DNA of 64,000 nt. Source: Sporopachydermia quercuum. Lineage: Eukaryota. Below are positions 23,237 through 34,767 of this stretch, piece after piece (within the stretch, counting starts at the first letter, position 1; every line of letters starts with the position of its first letter). The stretch is from contig BCGN01000003.1 of the NCBI GenBank assembly GCA_001599295.1, positions 1,240,001-1,304,000 of the forward strand, given 5' to 3'. The position numbers and the translations under genes were made by a program. Below the pieces are notes generated by a model, which made no database searches, was not told the DNA's origin, and was given only the letters and a program-made list of their open reading frames with translations.

Positions 23237-26010
23237 TTATAACTTGTCGTAGTATTCTTCATAACCTGGAACAGCTTCCTTTTGACCGTGTCTCTTTCTT
23301 GCTTCAGCAACGATTTGACCAGGCTTGGAGGAAGGATCCAAAGGATCACCAGGCATAGTAGACCAATGGTCGAACACCATTTGAGGGAAAGCTTGACCAC
23401 CAGTAGCTTGTCTCAATTCACCAGTGAAACCAAAAGATTCATTGACAGGTAAGTGGGCCTTGACAGTGAACAATGGAGTACCAGGTCTTTGTTCTTCAGA
23501 GATGACGGTACCTCTCTTCTTGTTAAGAACGGAGTAGATACCACCAATAGCAGATTCAGGACATTGGACTTCGACCAAGAAGACAGGTTCTTGGATCTTT
23601 GGTTCAGCCAATAAGACAGCGGCGTAGGTAACTCTTCTCATGGTAGGGATGATTTGACCACCACCTCTGTGGATAGCATCAGCGTGTAAAGTAACATCCA
23701 AAATGTTGATACGGACGGATCTCATGTTTTCACCGAAGATTGGACCTTCCTTGGTAGCCCATTGGAATGCAGCGACAACGGAATCCTTGATTTCATTCAA
23801 GTATTGAACAGCCTTTGTTTGATCAACAACCAAATTAGGTCCATTACCGTCAGGACCGAAACACCAGATCTTTCTGGCGTCAGTAACATCCCAACCGAAT
23901 TCATCAGCCAAANTACGAGCACGAGCCTTGAAATCGTCTCTTGGGCTGACCTTACCAGATTCAATGGCAAGAGAAACTTCTTCATCAAGAGGAGAAGCCT
24001 TAACATAGATTCTGTTATGCTTGTTAGGTGACTTGGATAAAGCGGTCATGGAAGATTCGTTTTCGACGGTCTCTCTGTAAGCGACAACAGGAGGAGAGAT
24101 CTTCAATGGAATACCAGCGTGATCTTCTTCCAAATCCTTCAAGCAAATTTCCAAATGTAATTCACCAGTACCAGCGACGATGTGCTCACCAGATTCAGAG
24201 ATACTGGTTAAAACACAAGGATCGGACTTAGAAAGACGTTTCAAACCTTCGACTAATTTAGGCAAATCATTAGCGTTCTTGACATCAACAGCGACTTCAA
24301 CGACAGGAGAGACAGAGAACTTCATTACCTTCAAGTTGTGGGCGGTTTCACTGGTAGTCAGAGTACCAGATTTCAACAAGAATTGATCGACACCGACTAA
24401 ACCAACAATGTTACCTGCAGGAACATCATCAATAGGTTCAACAAATCTTCCCATCATTAAAACGGTTCTTTGAATAGCCTTGATGAATAAATCATCCTTC
24501 TTACCGGGAACGTAGTTGGGACCTTGGATACGGACCTTTTGACCAGATCTAACGGTACCAGCGAAGACACGACCGAAAGCATAGAATCTACCCTTGTCTG
24601 ATGTAGGGACCATCTTGGAGACGTACAACATAAGGTCAGCCTTAGGATCACAGTCTCTGATGGCAATAGCATGAGGATCATCTAAAGGACCTTCATACAA
24701 AGTATCGTATCTGTAAGCTTGAGCAGTAACAGGAGATGGTAAGTGGACAACAATCATTTCCAATAAAGCATCAGCAGCAGGAAGGAACTTTCTCATGACA
24801 ACCTTCAAAAGAGCCTTACCTTCTAAGTCTTTTTCCTCACCCTTCAAATTGATTTCAAGTTTTTCCAACAAAACTGGGATTTCGTCCTTCTTGAAATTCA
24901 TGATAGAGTTGAAAAGTCTGAAGATAGGGTCCAAAACGAACATGTTGAAAGCTCTCTCTAAAGGCTTGCCAGAAGCATCCTTGTCCTTGTTAGTCCACTT
25001 CTTGGTCTTAGGATTGAAAAATGAGTCACCCCATAATCTTTCCATCATCTTTTCACGGTCAACACCGAACTTCTTGGAGTATCTAGTAGCGAATTGACGG
25101 ATGGTAAAAGCCCAACCGTGAAGACCGGAACCGAAAGCAACGGTACCCTTCTCAGGATAGACTTGGACATCACCAAGTGCCTTATCTAAATAAGTGGCAA
25201 TAATGACGTTAACGGATTCGACGGTTCTAGCGAAAGATTGGTACAAATCTTCTTTCGTAACTTGTAATTCCAATAAAGCTCTGTCGACTTTGTTAATAAT
25301 GACGACGGGTTTGATTCTTTCACCAAGGGCTTGACGTAAGACAGTTTCAGTTTGGACACAAACACCATCAACACAGTCAACGACGACAAGAGCACCATCG
25401 GTGACACGGAGAGCAGCAGTGACTTCAGAGGAAAAATCAACGTGACCGGGAGAATCAATCAAGTTGATCAAAAATTCGTTACCAACGGTCTTTTGCTTGA
25501 TATCCTTAACATCTTCCTCGGACATTTCAGAGAAAAGAGAAATAGCAGTAGACTTGATGGTAATACCTCTTTCTTGTTCATCCTTTCTAGTGTCAGTGAA
25601 ACGAGCCTCACCAGCCTTAGCAGCAGAAATGATACCAGCTCTTTGAACCAAAGAGTCAGTCAAGGTGGATTTGCCGTGATCGACGTGAGCAATGACGGAC
25701 ATGTTACGAACATTCGTAACCTTGTCCATCAAGGCTCTCATTTCCTCAACAGTGAAGTTAACTTTTTTTGTTAGTATCTTTATTAAAATCCTATTTCTCT
25801 TGTTTGCAAATTAAGTGTTGAGCTAAGGTCTTCTTGACCCCATTGTCATCTTTTGCCCCTAGAATCGTTCAAACAAGAACTTTCTCACATAGACGAAGGC
25901 TTGATCCATCCTCCAAGGACATTCACAGTTGGATTCCAACAAGCAGATCGAAAGACAAAGTAATCATTCCCACAAATGACCAACAATTAAAACAATGAAA
26001 ACATACCCAT
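23237..26010 (-). CDS. EFT2: Translation elongation factor 2; exons 26010-26007 and 25761-23237
   Basis: [17 protein letters not shown] and diphthamide loop [11 protein letters not shown]; 4-nt exon ATGG then intron 26006-25762 (GTATGT..TACTAAC..AAG) gives [10 protein letters not shown]. Confidence 0.97.
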
Positions 26011-26486
26011 TGTGAAATATTATGTGTGTTTTCTTATTGATGATCCTTCCTGGACAGATTTATATAAAACGTCAGGAATTAGCAAACGAAACTACAAAAT
26101 ACCAATTGAAAAGGTATCAAGAATTTCGAGTGGTACTAATTTATTATATTACAAGACACCCAAAGGATCACTTTTGGTAGGAAGAGTACTAAACAAACAA
26201 GTGTTCTTTAAAGATTCAACTGCTGGGAGAGAGAAAAGAAGAAAGGTTAAAGTAAGTGAGAGGAAAAAGTAAGTATGGACAGGAGAAAATTTTACCATAG
26301 ATTTTGCGCTCCCACACAGACGCACTCTCTCACACAAAACTGAAAATCTATTGAGCGTCAGCAAAAAATTGTTTATTATGTACATGTGTTTCTTCCTTTT
26401 GACCAGTTGATTTGACTTGCAGCTAGAGAGGTTTTGTGCATATTTTCTACATTCAAAGCCTACATCTTGTCATATTTTATATAACA

Positions 26487-26533
26487 TTTATTCATTTGTT
26501 TATTCATTTGTTTATTCATTTGTTTATTCATTT
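26487..26533. repeat. 12-bp tandem repeat (TTTATTCATTTG) x~4
   Basis: Direct reading, in the EFT2/PEX4 divergent intergenic region. Confidence 0.85.
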
Positions 26534-27124
26534 ATATATTTTAGACCTAATAATCTCAATGGATGCTCATTCGATAAAGCTATAATCTTTACCCAATTGT
26601 GCCCTTATCAGACGTATGGGTGTAATGGAAAATTTTTCACTTACTTATCCAAAAAGGAACTTGTAACGGAAAGATATGTAACCCGGTTTTCGATTTAACA
26701 ATTACTTAACAATTAAGTTCTAGGGTCGAGTAAAGAACAGCCTGGTATTCAAAGTACCATTTAATTCATTAATTTAACGGACACTAATGTCCGGGAAGTA
26801 TCCTTGTTAGCGATCTGGAGAGAAATGTCCCAAGCGTTATTATGGGATAGACATGTGAAAGATCAAGATAGATGTATACTAGGTAGATACTATCAATCAC
26901 ATGCATTTTCTGACAATTCCAGCCTGGAACTTCAGTTGAAGTTGAAGTCAACAATAAAAAGGTTGAAATAGTATTCTAATTGCTAGACCTAACCATGTTG
27001 AAAAAGACTTCATTCAATTTGAACTAAGTGAGTGAATGTATATTGCAGGCTCATTCTTCATGTCAATAGGTTGGATATGTTCTTGAAGAGCACGAATTGT
27101 TACAGTAGGAAGTAATTCAAAAAA

Positions 27125-27592
27125 ATGTCGGCAGCATCTAAAAGATTGATGAAAGAGCTTTCATCTTATAAGAAAGACCCAAATCCTGGCATGCAATATT
27201 TACATCCTTCTGATGACAATTTGTTCACTTGGGAGGGTGTGATGCTAGGTCCATTAGATACCCCTTATGAACATGGTAAATGGCTGATAGAGATCAAAAT
27301 CCCACCTTCCTATCCTATTCAACCACCACAAGTGAAGTTTATTACACCGATAGTCCATCCGAACATTCATTTCAAAACAGGAGAAGTTTGCTTGGATATC
27401 TTGAAGTCACAATGGTCGCCAGCGTGGACATTAAGCTCAACCTGTACAGCTATACAAGTAATGTTAACAAACCCTGATGCTTCATCTCCATTAAATATAG
27501 ATGCCGCGAACTTGGTTAGAATAGGTGATGATAAAGCATATAGTGCTCTGGTAGTTTACTATAAGCATCGATATGCCGTCGGATCTGATTAA
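27125..27592 (+). CDS. PEX4: Peroxisomal E2 ubiquitin-conjugating enzyme
   Basis: UBC fold HPNIHFKTGEVCLDIL, WSPAWTL, SSPLNIDAANLVRIGD, typical of Pex4. Confidence 0.8.
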   Translation: MSAASKRLMKELSSYKKDPNPGMQYLHPSDDNLFTWEGVMLGPLDTPYEHGKWLIEIKIPPSYPIQPPQVKFITPIVHPNIHFKTGEVCLDILKSQWSPAWTLSSTCTAIQVMLTNPDASSPLNIDAANLVRIGDDKAYSALVVYYKHRYAVGSD

Positions 27593-28869
27593 AACCTTCG
27601 AATGAGACCCTCTGCAACATCTCCGAGATGAGACGGGATGCTAAGAAGAGAGTCTTAAGAAAGTTATAAGATGACAATTTCGAGACAATTTCGATTTCAG
27701 ATATGACAAATTGATTTATGATCAGGTCAACATTATATATGGATGAGAGTTCAAGCATTTAATTGCAATATTCTCAACCCTATGAATAGTTTGGAATGGC
27801 TTTCGGCACCTAAAAATAATCCCATGTGAGACAAGCCAAAGGGCTTGCATAGTTATGAAGATTGTGTAAAGACATGTAGAGATCGCAGATAAGATGAAGT
27901 TGTAACTATTATTGTTGGTATTACCTAGAATTCTTTCGATTTCCTCAGGATATTTCATACTCCCACGAGTTTATGAACTAGAATTGCTCAAGATTGCTTG
28001 AACCTAAAAATGCGACAATAGGCACTCTCTGCCTCATCCTCTGTCATTTCAAAGATATATTAGCCCGGTTTTCATCATGCAAAAGTTTCTCAAATTGATT
28101 TAGATTTACATAGATTTGAATTGCTCCTATTATGGTTTCTTTGAAAACCAAAGACACCTGATGCTATTTTCGCTGCATCCTTGTTGTGCCCAAACAGGTA
28201 AGAAATTAGCTGAATTGGGATTCAATTTTCATCAAACTCAACAATGCATAGTATATGCACGCAATGTTCTACACAATTCATAGGGAGCAAAGAATAGAGT
28301 TCAGTTTTTTAGCTAATGTCAGTTTCTAGCTACAAGTGAAAGATGCAATGACCTTGTATTATGACATCGTAAGTAGAGCAAAATTGATGTACACATGAAT
28401 ACACAGTTTACATTAATATGGGTTGATAAACGTACTAGATAGTTTGATGAATTATTGAAATCACCATTTCTTGGTATATATATTAGAATATTAGAGGACG
28501 TATAAAATACAGATCTAACAAGCAAGTAATGTTGATGAAAGACAACAAATGACAACAGTAAAATCAATGACTTAATCTGACAAGCAACTGCCAGCAATTG
28601 AGTAGAAGGAAATGAGACAACTTAGCTGCCAAATAAATTCGTAATATTGCAGTTACAATTAATTCAAATTTGCAACTCATGTAAACATCTCTATACTTTA
28701 GTCCCAAAGTGAAAATAGAATAATAAAAGGTAATAATTAATGGTAGTAAAGTTGCTCTTTGTGATATTCTCGTTCAACAAAACCTGCTGTCAACTAACCG
28801 ACTCGTGAGGGATAAGATATTGAAAATGACCTCCCCATGTTATTCAATTGAAGAACTCTGATTACAAAT

Positions 28870-29466
28870 TTAAACCTGAGTCATGTTGGGGATTCCGACC
28901 TTTGGAGCTCTGGCTGAACTTCTGGAAGGCAAGCCAAAGGCACCGTTTCTGAATACATTGACAACAGAAATAACCAAAGTTGCTAGGAAAATAAAGAAAG
29001 AGAAGTAAAGGAAGGCAACGGTAGCTTGAGCCTTTCTACATCTGTCGGTAGATCCTTGAGTGACGGCATTCCCATCCAGATAGCTGCGGTTGGTGCAGGA
29101 GTGAACACGGATGGCAACGGCCAAGGCAGTTGCACCAGCAAAGGAGAAAACAACTGACAAAAAGTCTAAGATAGATAAAATAACAGGCCAGGCTAAAGCT
29201 TGGAAGAATCCAGCAACGATGTTGTAGAAAAATCCAAAAACAAGACCCCAAACAGCGGTGAAAATGCTATTACAGTTAGTATATCATCTCTGAAATAAGG
29301 AAGAGTGTTAATTGCTTGGAATGCATAATCTAAGTACTTACACAAAGTTCACTTGAGGATTGGTCTTATGTTGAGTAGCCCTAAGACTGGCACTTAAACC
29401 AAGAACAATAACAAGGAAAACGAAATTCGTTGTTCTTAGGGCAATATCGGTAATTGTAAAACCCAT
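28870..29466 (-). CDS. NCE102: Eisosome/MCC tetraspan MARVEL protein; exons 29466-29342 and 29266-28870
   Basis: Intron 29341-29267 (GTAAGT..ACTAAC..TAG) joins MGFTITDIALRTTNFVFLVIVLGL..NPQVNFVIF to AIRVHSCTN..RCRKAQATVAFLYF. Confidence 0.93.
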
Positions 29467-31099
29467 TTTCTTTTATAATGTGCTGTGTTGTGTTGTGTGA
29501 TGTGTAATGATAGTGTATATCAATACAAGCTGTTGTTGATTTTTATAATCTGATAAACTTGAAAAATCTATTGGTTAGATACAAAATTCATATGAATTGT
29601 TTGTTGTTAGAAAGCACTATACATATAAAAACCAGGGAACCGGTATGAAATTGTGAGAAAAGGAGAAAAAGAAAAAGAAGGAAACATTTCCAATATAAAT
29701 GAAGTATTTATTATCAGTTTTAATAAAAGGTTTGAATAAGCAAAACAAAAACAACCGTTTTAAGATTAACATTTCACTAAAACTGCAAATTATGAAAGCT
29801 TAGCGTGTGTTTCAGGTTTACCAATGTTTCCGCACAAAAAAGTTTATTATGGTGGTGAATCTATGTTGTATTTACGTATAAATCTCCACCAGTTTTTCAT
29901 TTTAGAAGAGTGAAGGAGTGAATGAGATAAAAGATGAGTATTCTAAAGAGCTTTGAATCAGCATTGATTAAGTCAAATTATAAAGGTTTGAGAGACAGAA
30001 TTAAGAATGGAGAGAAGATTTGATTCGTTCTTTACCTACTTATTGCTAAGTTGAAATCTATAACCCCTGGAGAAGCGTTATATTCGTTTCTGTATGATGC
30101 AACTCCAAACTATATCAGTATTATTATAGAATAAAGAATCTATTATAGAATTAATTGGTTTTAAACCCATTGCTGCACTGCACTCGCCAATGAAAGAATC
30201 ACCACCGTTAAAACTCTGAAGTGTTCTGAAGAGTTAATGTTTCTTCTTTCGCTGTCGCCTTTACCAATGACGGCGAAAAAGTAACAATATGTGCCTTGAA
30301 GCTTCCTATTAAAGTCACTCACACATCATTTTAGATTTCTGTACTTAACAGACAAGGCCTTCGTTACGAATACATATATATGTTCAATGACTTCATAGAA
30401 AAGGAGTTCCTTTATGTTAGGTTAGGTCTTGAAATACATTTTTTTGTTTTGATATATACGAAGAGAAGAAAACTTGAAAAAGCCTTGTAGTTACTTATTT
30501 GGTGGGCGAGCAGATTGATCGCAATGGAAAGTACTGTTTTTTTATTATTATCGAATAGACGGTTTATTTGTAAATTTACTCATCCTGACCATGGTCTACC
30601 CACTGATAACGGCAATTCTAACATATTCAATAGGCTGATATTGGTAGTGGGAAATGGATATTTCTATTTCAAGACAATGATTAAATGTTATTTTTAAGAT
30701 TTATAAACAGCACCGCAAGTAAAATATATGTTTAAAATATATGTTCAGTCTATAAAGACTGAATAGCTTAACATTGAATGAAAGAAGAAAAGAAAAACCT
30801 CTTTGGTCGTGAATGAGGTTTATGTCAAAATTGAAATGGCCATTGAAAGAGTCAATCAGTATGAGATCACCTTTTAAGCTTCACTACCTGTTTCTGTGAC
30901 TTCAATTAACTCAATAGTAATCTGTAAATGTTCCTTCAATGTTTATTGAAACAGAAACAATGAAATATATTGATGTGTGGTTATCATTCCTAACCGTTCC
31001 TTTCAATATCGGTGGCAGATGAAATGACTATACAAACTATTTGCATCATCAACTGTAATAGATTCTTAGGTTAATTAGGTAAGCATCACAGTTGTTAAA

Positions 31100-32085
31100 G
31101 ATGTACATCAGTATACTCGCTTACTTCGATCGGTTGGTTTAGTAATGATAAAGCAGAGTCTAGGAAAGGGGCTCTTCGTTTGAGCCGTATAATCTAAAGT
31201 TTCCCTTCATCTCCGCTTCAGGTTCGCTGTTCCTATACTAATATTCGAGACAGTTTTTCCGCTTTAACCAAATTCGACTGATTATAAGAGGAGAGGGTCA
31301 GGTGAGCAGTCGGCTTTAAAATTATCTTAGAGCCGGCTCCAATCGTTACCGCTGTCCTAACCCTTCCTATGTCTCTTGCACACTATAGCAATAGTATATT
31401 TTATTGAATCCACCTGCTAACATACGTTCTTTCACTTGATAACTTTGTGGTCAGATGTTTGAATCCCCATTGCTAACTCCCTCATCATATTCTTTTCTGA
31501 CATCATACACCCTACTTTGTGATTAAATTCTCTTGTTTTCTTTCAACCCCAATTTGCCTTCTTTCCTAATAGGGGAAGGTGACGAATCTCACCTTACAGA
31601 GGTTGCTCATTCTAGATGACCAACTCAATTGACGTTAGGTAGGACATCAACCCACAGAATACTTCAAGGAAATCAATGGCTTTGATGATTTACTTCACCC
31701 ATTGAGTATTTTAGAACTTGCAATAGTAGAATATTCGAATAATTGTTTTCGTTGTTTATCACTATAATTCACCTGCGACCTTCAAGCGCTAGGGAGAGGT
31801 AGAGACCAAGACAGTCTCTACAAGATATGCAGTATGATGCAGGCTTCGTGTACGCAACAACAACCCAAGATGATCCCTTGTGATAAGGTTCAGTCAGTCA
31901 TGCAGAGTAGTAAGTAAGGCTCCGAGAGTGCCGGATTGGTATACCTAACAAGAGTGGTACGGTTCTGGAAAGAAGACTTGAGCTGTTTAGAAGTCGGAAG
32001 GATGAGATGGTTGGTGAAGAATGTAGAAGGGAAAAGATGGTGATAGTTTACTATTACTATGATGGGAGACTTATTTGGTATAAAT
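31100..32085 (+). ncRNA. Putative telomerase RNA (TER); ends approximate
   Basis: Template TCCTAACCCTTCCTA 31355-31369; boundary helix 31299-31354; long-range pairing 31173-31228 with 31981-32020; P6.1-like AGAG-TGGTACGG-TTCT 31951-31966; no ORF. Confidence 0.65.
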
Positions 32086-32676
32086 TGGTTGGTAGTATAT
32101 TTTGAAGAATAGTTTTGATGCTTTTGTTCGATTTATATGATCTATGCTGCAAGAGAAACATTGATTATGCCCGACTATGCAACAAAATCCCCTAGGTGCA
32201 TTTCCAATAGCCTTTATGTAATAATATGAGCAAATCTGTGGATCATGTTGTTTTGAAATACTCTATTATCATATAGTTCGATAAGAATTTATTAAAAATA
32301 ATTGCATATGGCAACTTTCTATTTTTCTCTTCTAAGGAAGTTCTGCCGCTGATACTAGCAAATTATTGTCTCTATCCCATACTCCCTAGCATTAACCCCA
32401 CACTTCCTAATATTCTCGAGACCCTCGTCAAAAGACCTCATGGATGGAATATGTCGATGTCACGCAAATGACAAGCTCTGTCAAATCATTTACGTCACAC
32501 TTCTCAATCCACTCCTGACAATCTTTGTATATTCGCAATCTCAATTACCTTCTTCAAACATGAACAACTATCAATCGCCATCTCATTTGTTCTAGCAATG
32601 ATATCCAATTCAGATGATATTCTCACATCTCATGTTCTCAGACAATTGATGAATCATTTATAATATTTTCCTCACA

Positions 32677-34767
32677 ATGGGAGAAAAAAGTATCATCAAA
32701 AGGCAGTTGAAAAGCCTTTTGGATCTACTAGACCAGCAAGCAGCTCCAGTTTTGTCATTCCCATTATCATCTAATGACGATACTGAGAAAATAAATAGTG
32801 AAAGGATAGAGGCGAACAATTATAAGGTCTCCCTTCAGAATGTCTATTCAGTTCTCCATAACTCATTTAATCCTTCCTCGGGAAGAACTATCAAACACAA
32901 GAACACATTGTCTCTGGTCACCAAAGTACTCCAAGTTCTCAAATCGTGTCATACTGATCCAATTCTCAATGGTGATCGTTCGTCAGATGATTCATTCGTT
33001 CTTCAGAATGTGATATTAGCTTATTGCTCTGTCGTAATTTACTACTACTTAGTGGAAGACTTGCTAAAGGAAACTCTGCCTGTATCAACAGACATTTACT
33101 ATTGGAATGATGTTCAGTCTTCATATCTTGGATTATCTCTCTACTCTCTACAGACTATTCCCTTAAGAATAAAAAAGCTTTTGCTGGAAGTGTATAATGA
33201 GAGCATTGCAATTGACGTTGATAATAAGTTATTAAGTATCGAGAGAACTGACAATGTCACTACCAAAGCTTTAAAACAAATCAAAAATGTTATACGTCGT
33301 TGGGTTGAAGTATTCAAATCTGTCATTGATAAGAATCAAAGAATGATCAAATCGACATCCAAATTCGTTTTATCCTCAATTGAAGGGAATACCCAAATTG
33401 TCATGACAAGTCTAAAGGAAAGCCCAAAATCAGCTAATTCTGCCTCTAATTTATACCATGATTCTTTATTTTCAGTCAACCATAAACGACCAAGAATAGT
33501 AGTTCCGTCTATACTACAGTTGATTCTGTCACCGCAAATGATAATTGAAAAGGAAGTTAGGACCAATCAAGAAACACTAGTGAAAGCAAGAGATCAAAAG
33601 GCTGAAGCTTTGGGAAAGTTGGTTCAAAGTTCCCCTTCAGAGCTTTCGTTGTTCGAGAGTTGGCAAATAATCGAACAGTGCACTAAAATAATGAATGAAA
33701 TATTTGAATGGTCTTCAACATCGCCAAGATATATTACAATCAATTCCGAGGACGATTTTCAATCAAAATGTGACTCGTTGTTGGTAATCATCAGCAATTG
33801 TATTCCAGAATTCAATTCTCAGCATCAAGAAATACTTTGTAAATGTGGTAAACCTAGTAGGCTTATNAGATATTGGCCTGGTCTTATCATTACAACTTTC
33901 ATATCAACAATCGTTGTTCCATACGTCTTCAACAACTGGAAATTAATTTTGCAGTGGGTCAAAATCAATTTGGTTGATACTGTCAAATTATTCATTGAAA
34001 ATTGGATCATTGATCCAAGTGTCAAGATATTGCACACTATTCGTCATGATGATAATTCTCGTATTGCTTTGATATCAAAAAAAGCTTTACAAGCAGATTT
34101 GGAGTCTTTAGAAAGAATGGTGATTGATTTCACCTCTGACGCTCAATCGGGGAGTTTACTCCATCAAACTCCGGGCTGGGAAAATCAAATCAAATCAGAT
34201 ATTCAACAAGGTGATTTGACATTGCTAATGAAACCATATGAAGAACAAATAAAAACACCAGTGACAAGCCTAATCAAAGGGTCGTTGATCAGATCGTTAT
34301 TAATTCAGCTACAGAAAACAAAAGTTGACGTTGATACTGCGGTTTCTGGTATTGATCAGTTATTGAAAAGCCAAGAGTTGGTGTTTGGTATAGTTGCTAT
34401 TCTACCAAGTTCTGTTATATCTTTGTATTTGGTGCAGTGGTTGTATGGAATTTTTGTTACTGGCAGATCTGTTAGGGGAAATGGATTGAGACGTGAAGAA
34501 TTGAGTATGGTATTAGGAGAAATTGAGAAATGTCTTATTTCTGGTATGACTAGTGAACAAAAAACTCAACGGTTGGATTTTAAGAATGAAGGGCTTTTAT
34601 TATGTGAGATAAATGTATTAAGAGATATCAGTACTAAAGTGATATCTAAATCTAGAAGAAGTAAATGGTTTGATGATTTGAATGACTTAGAGGATTTCCA
34701 ATTACCTGTTGATGTTAGATTGAAGGCTGTTCAAAGGATATGGCATGTATATAGGAAGTATTTATAG
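32677..34767 (+). CDS. NCA2: Nuclear control of ATPase protein 2 (mitochondrial outer membrane)
   Basis: GKPSRL.RYWP, NWIIDP...TIRHD, SLERMVIDF, LLIQLQKTKVD...GIDQLLKSQELVFG. Confidence 0.92.
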   Translation: MGEKSIIKRQLKSLLDLLDQQAAPVLSFPLSSNDDTEKINSERIEANNYKVSLQNVYSVLHNSFNPSSGRTIKHKNTLSLVTKVLQVLKSCHTDPILNGDRSSDDSFVLQNVILAYCSVVIYYYLVEDLLKETLPVSTDIYYWNDVQSSYLGLSLYSLQTIPLRIKKLLLEVYNESIAIDVDNKLLSIERTDNVTTKALKQIKNVIRRWVEVFKSVIDKNQRMIKSTSKFVLSSIEGNTQIVMTSLKESPKSANSASNLYHDSLFSVNHKRPRIVVPSILQLILSPQMIIEKEVRTNQETLVKARDQKAEALGKLVQSSPSELSLFESWQIIEQCTKIMNEIFEWSSTSPRYITINSEDDFQSKCDSLLVIISNCIPEFNSQHQEILCKCGKPSRLXRYWPGLIITTFISTIVVPYVFNNWKLILQWVKINLVDTVKLFIENWIIDPSVKILHTIRHDDNSRIALISKKALQADLESLERMVIDFTSDAQSGSLLHQTPGWENQIKSDIQQGDLTLLMKPYEEQIKTPVTSLIKGSLIRSLLIQLQKTKVDVDTAVSGIDQLLKSQELVFGIVAILPSSVISLYLVQWLYGIFVTGRSVRGNGLRREELSMVLGEIEKCLISGMTSEQKTQRLDFKNEGLLLCEINVLRDISTKVISKSRRSKWFDDLNDLEDFQLPVDVRLKAVQRIWHVYRKYL

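Noticed and set aside
23762..25774. Several antisense ORFs over EF-2 (and over LIP5, BFR1, TAF4 and others)
   Set aside because: Shadow ORFs caused by codon bias of the real gene; no recognisable domains
25762..26006. Intron-encoded snoRNA in the EF-2 intron
   Set aside because: No canonical box C/D pair or convincing H/ACA layout found by eye
26487..26533. Short direct repeats as a CRISPR-like array
   Set aside because: No spacers and eukaryotic context; simple minisatellite
31570..31640. RNase P/MRP RNA suggested by GGGAAGGT
   Set aside because: No complementary P4 strand or CR-V motif found; the telomerase model explains more features
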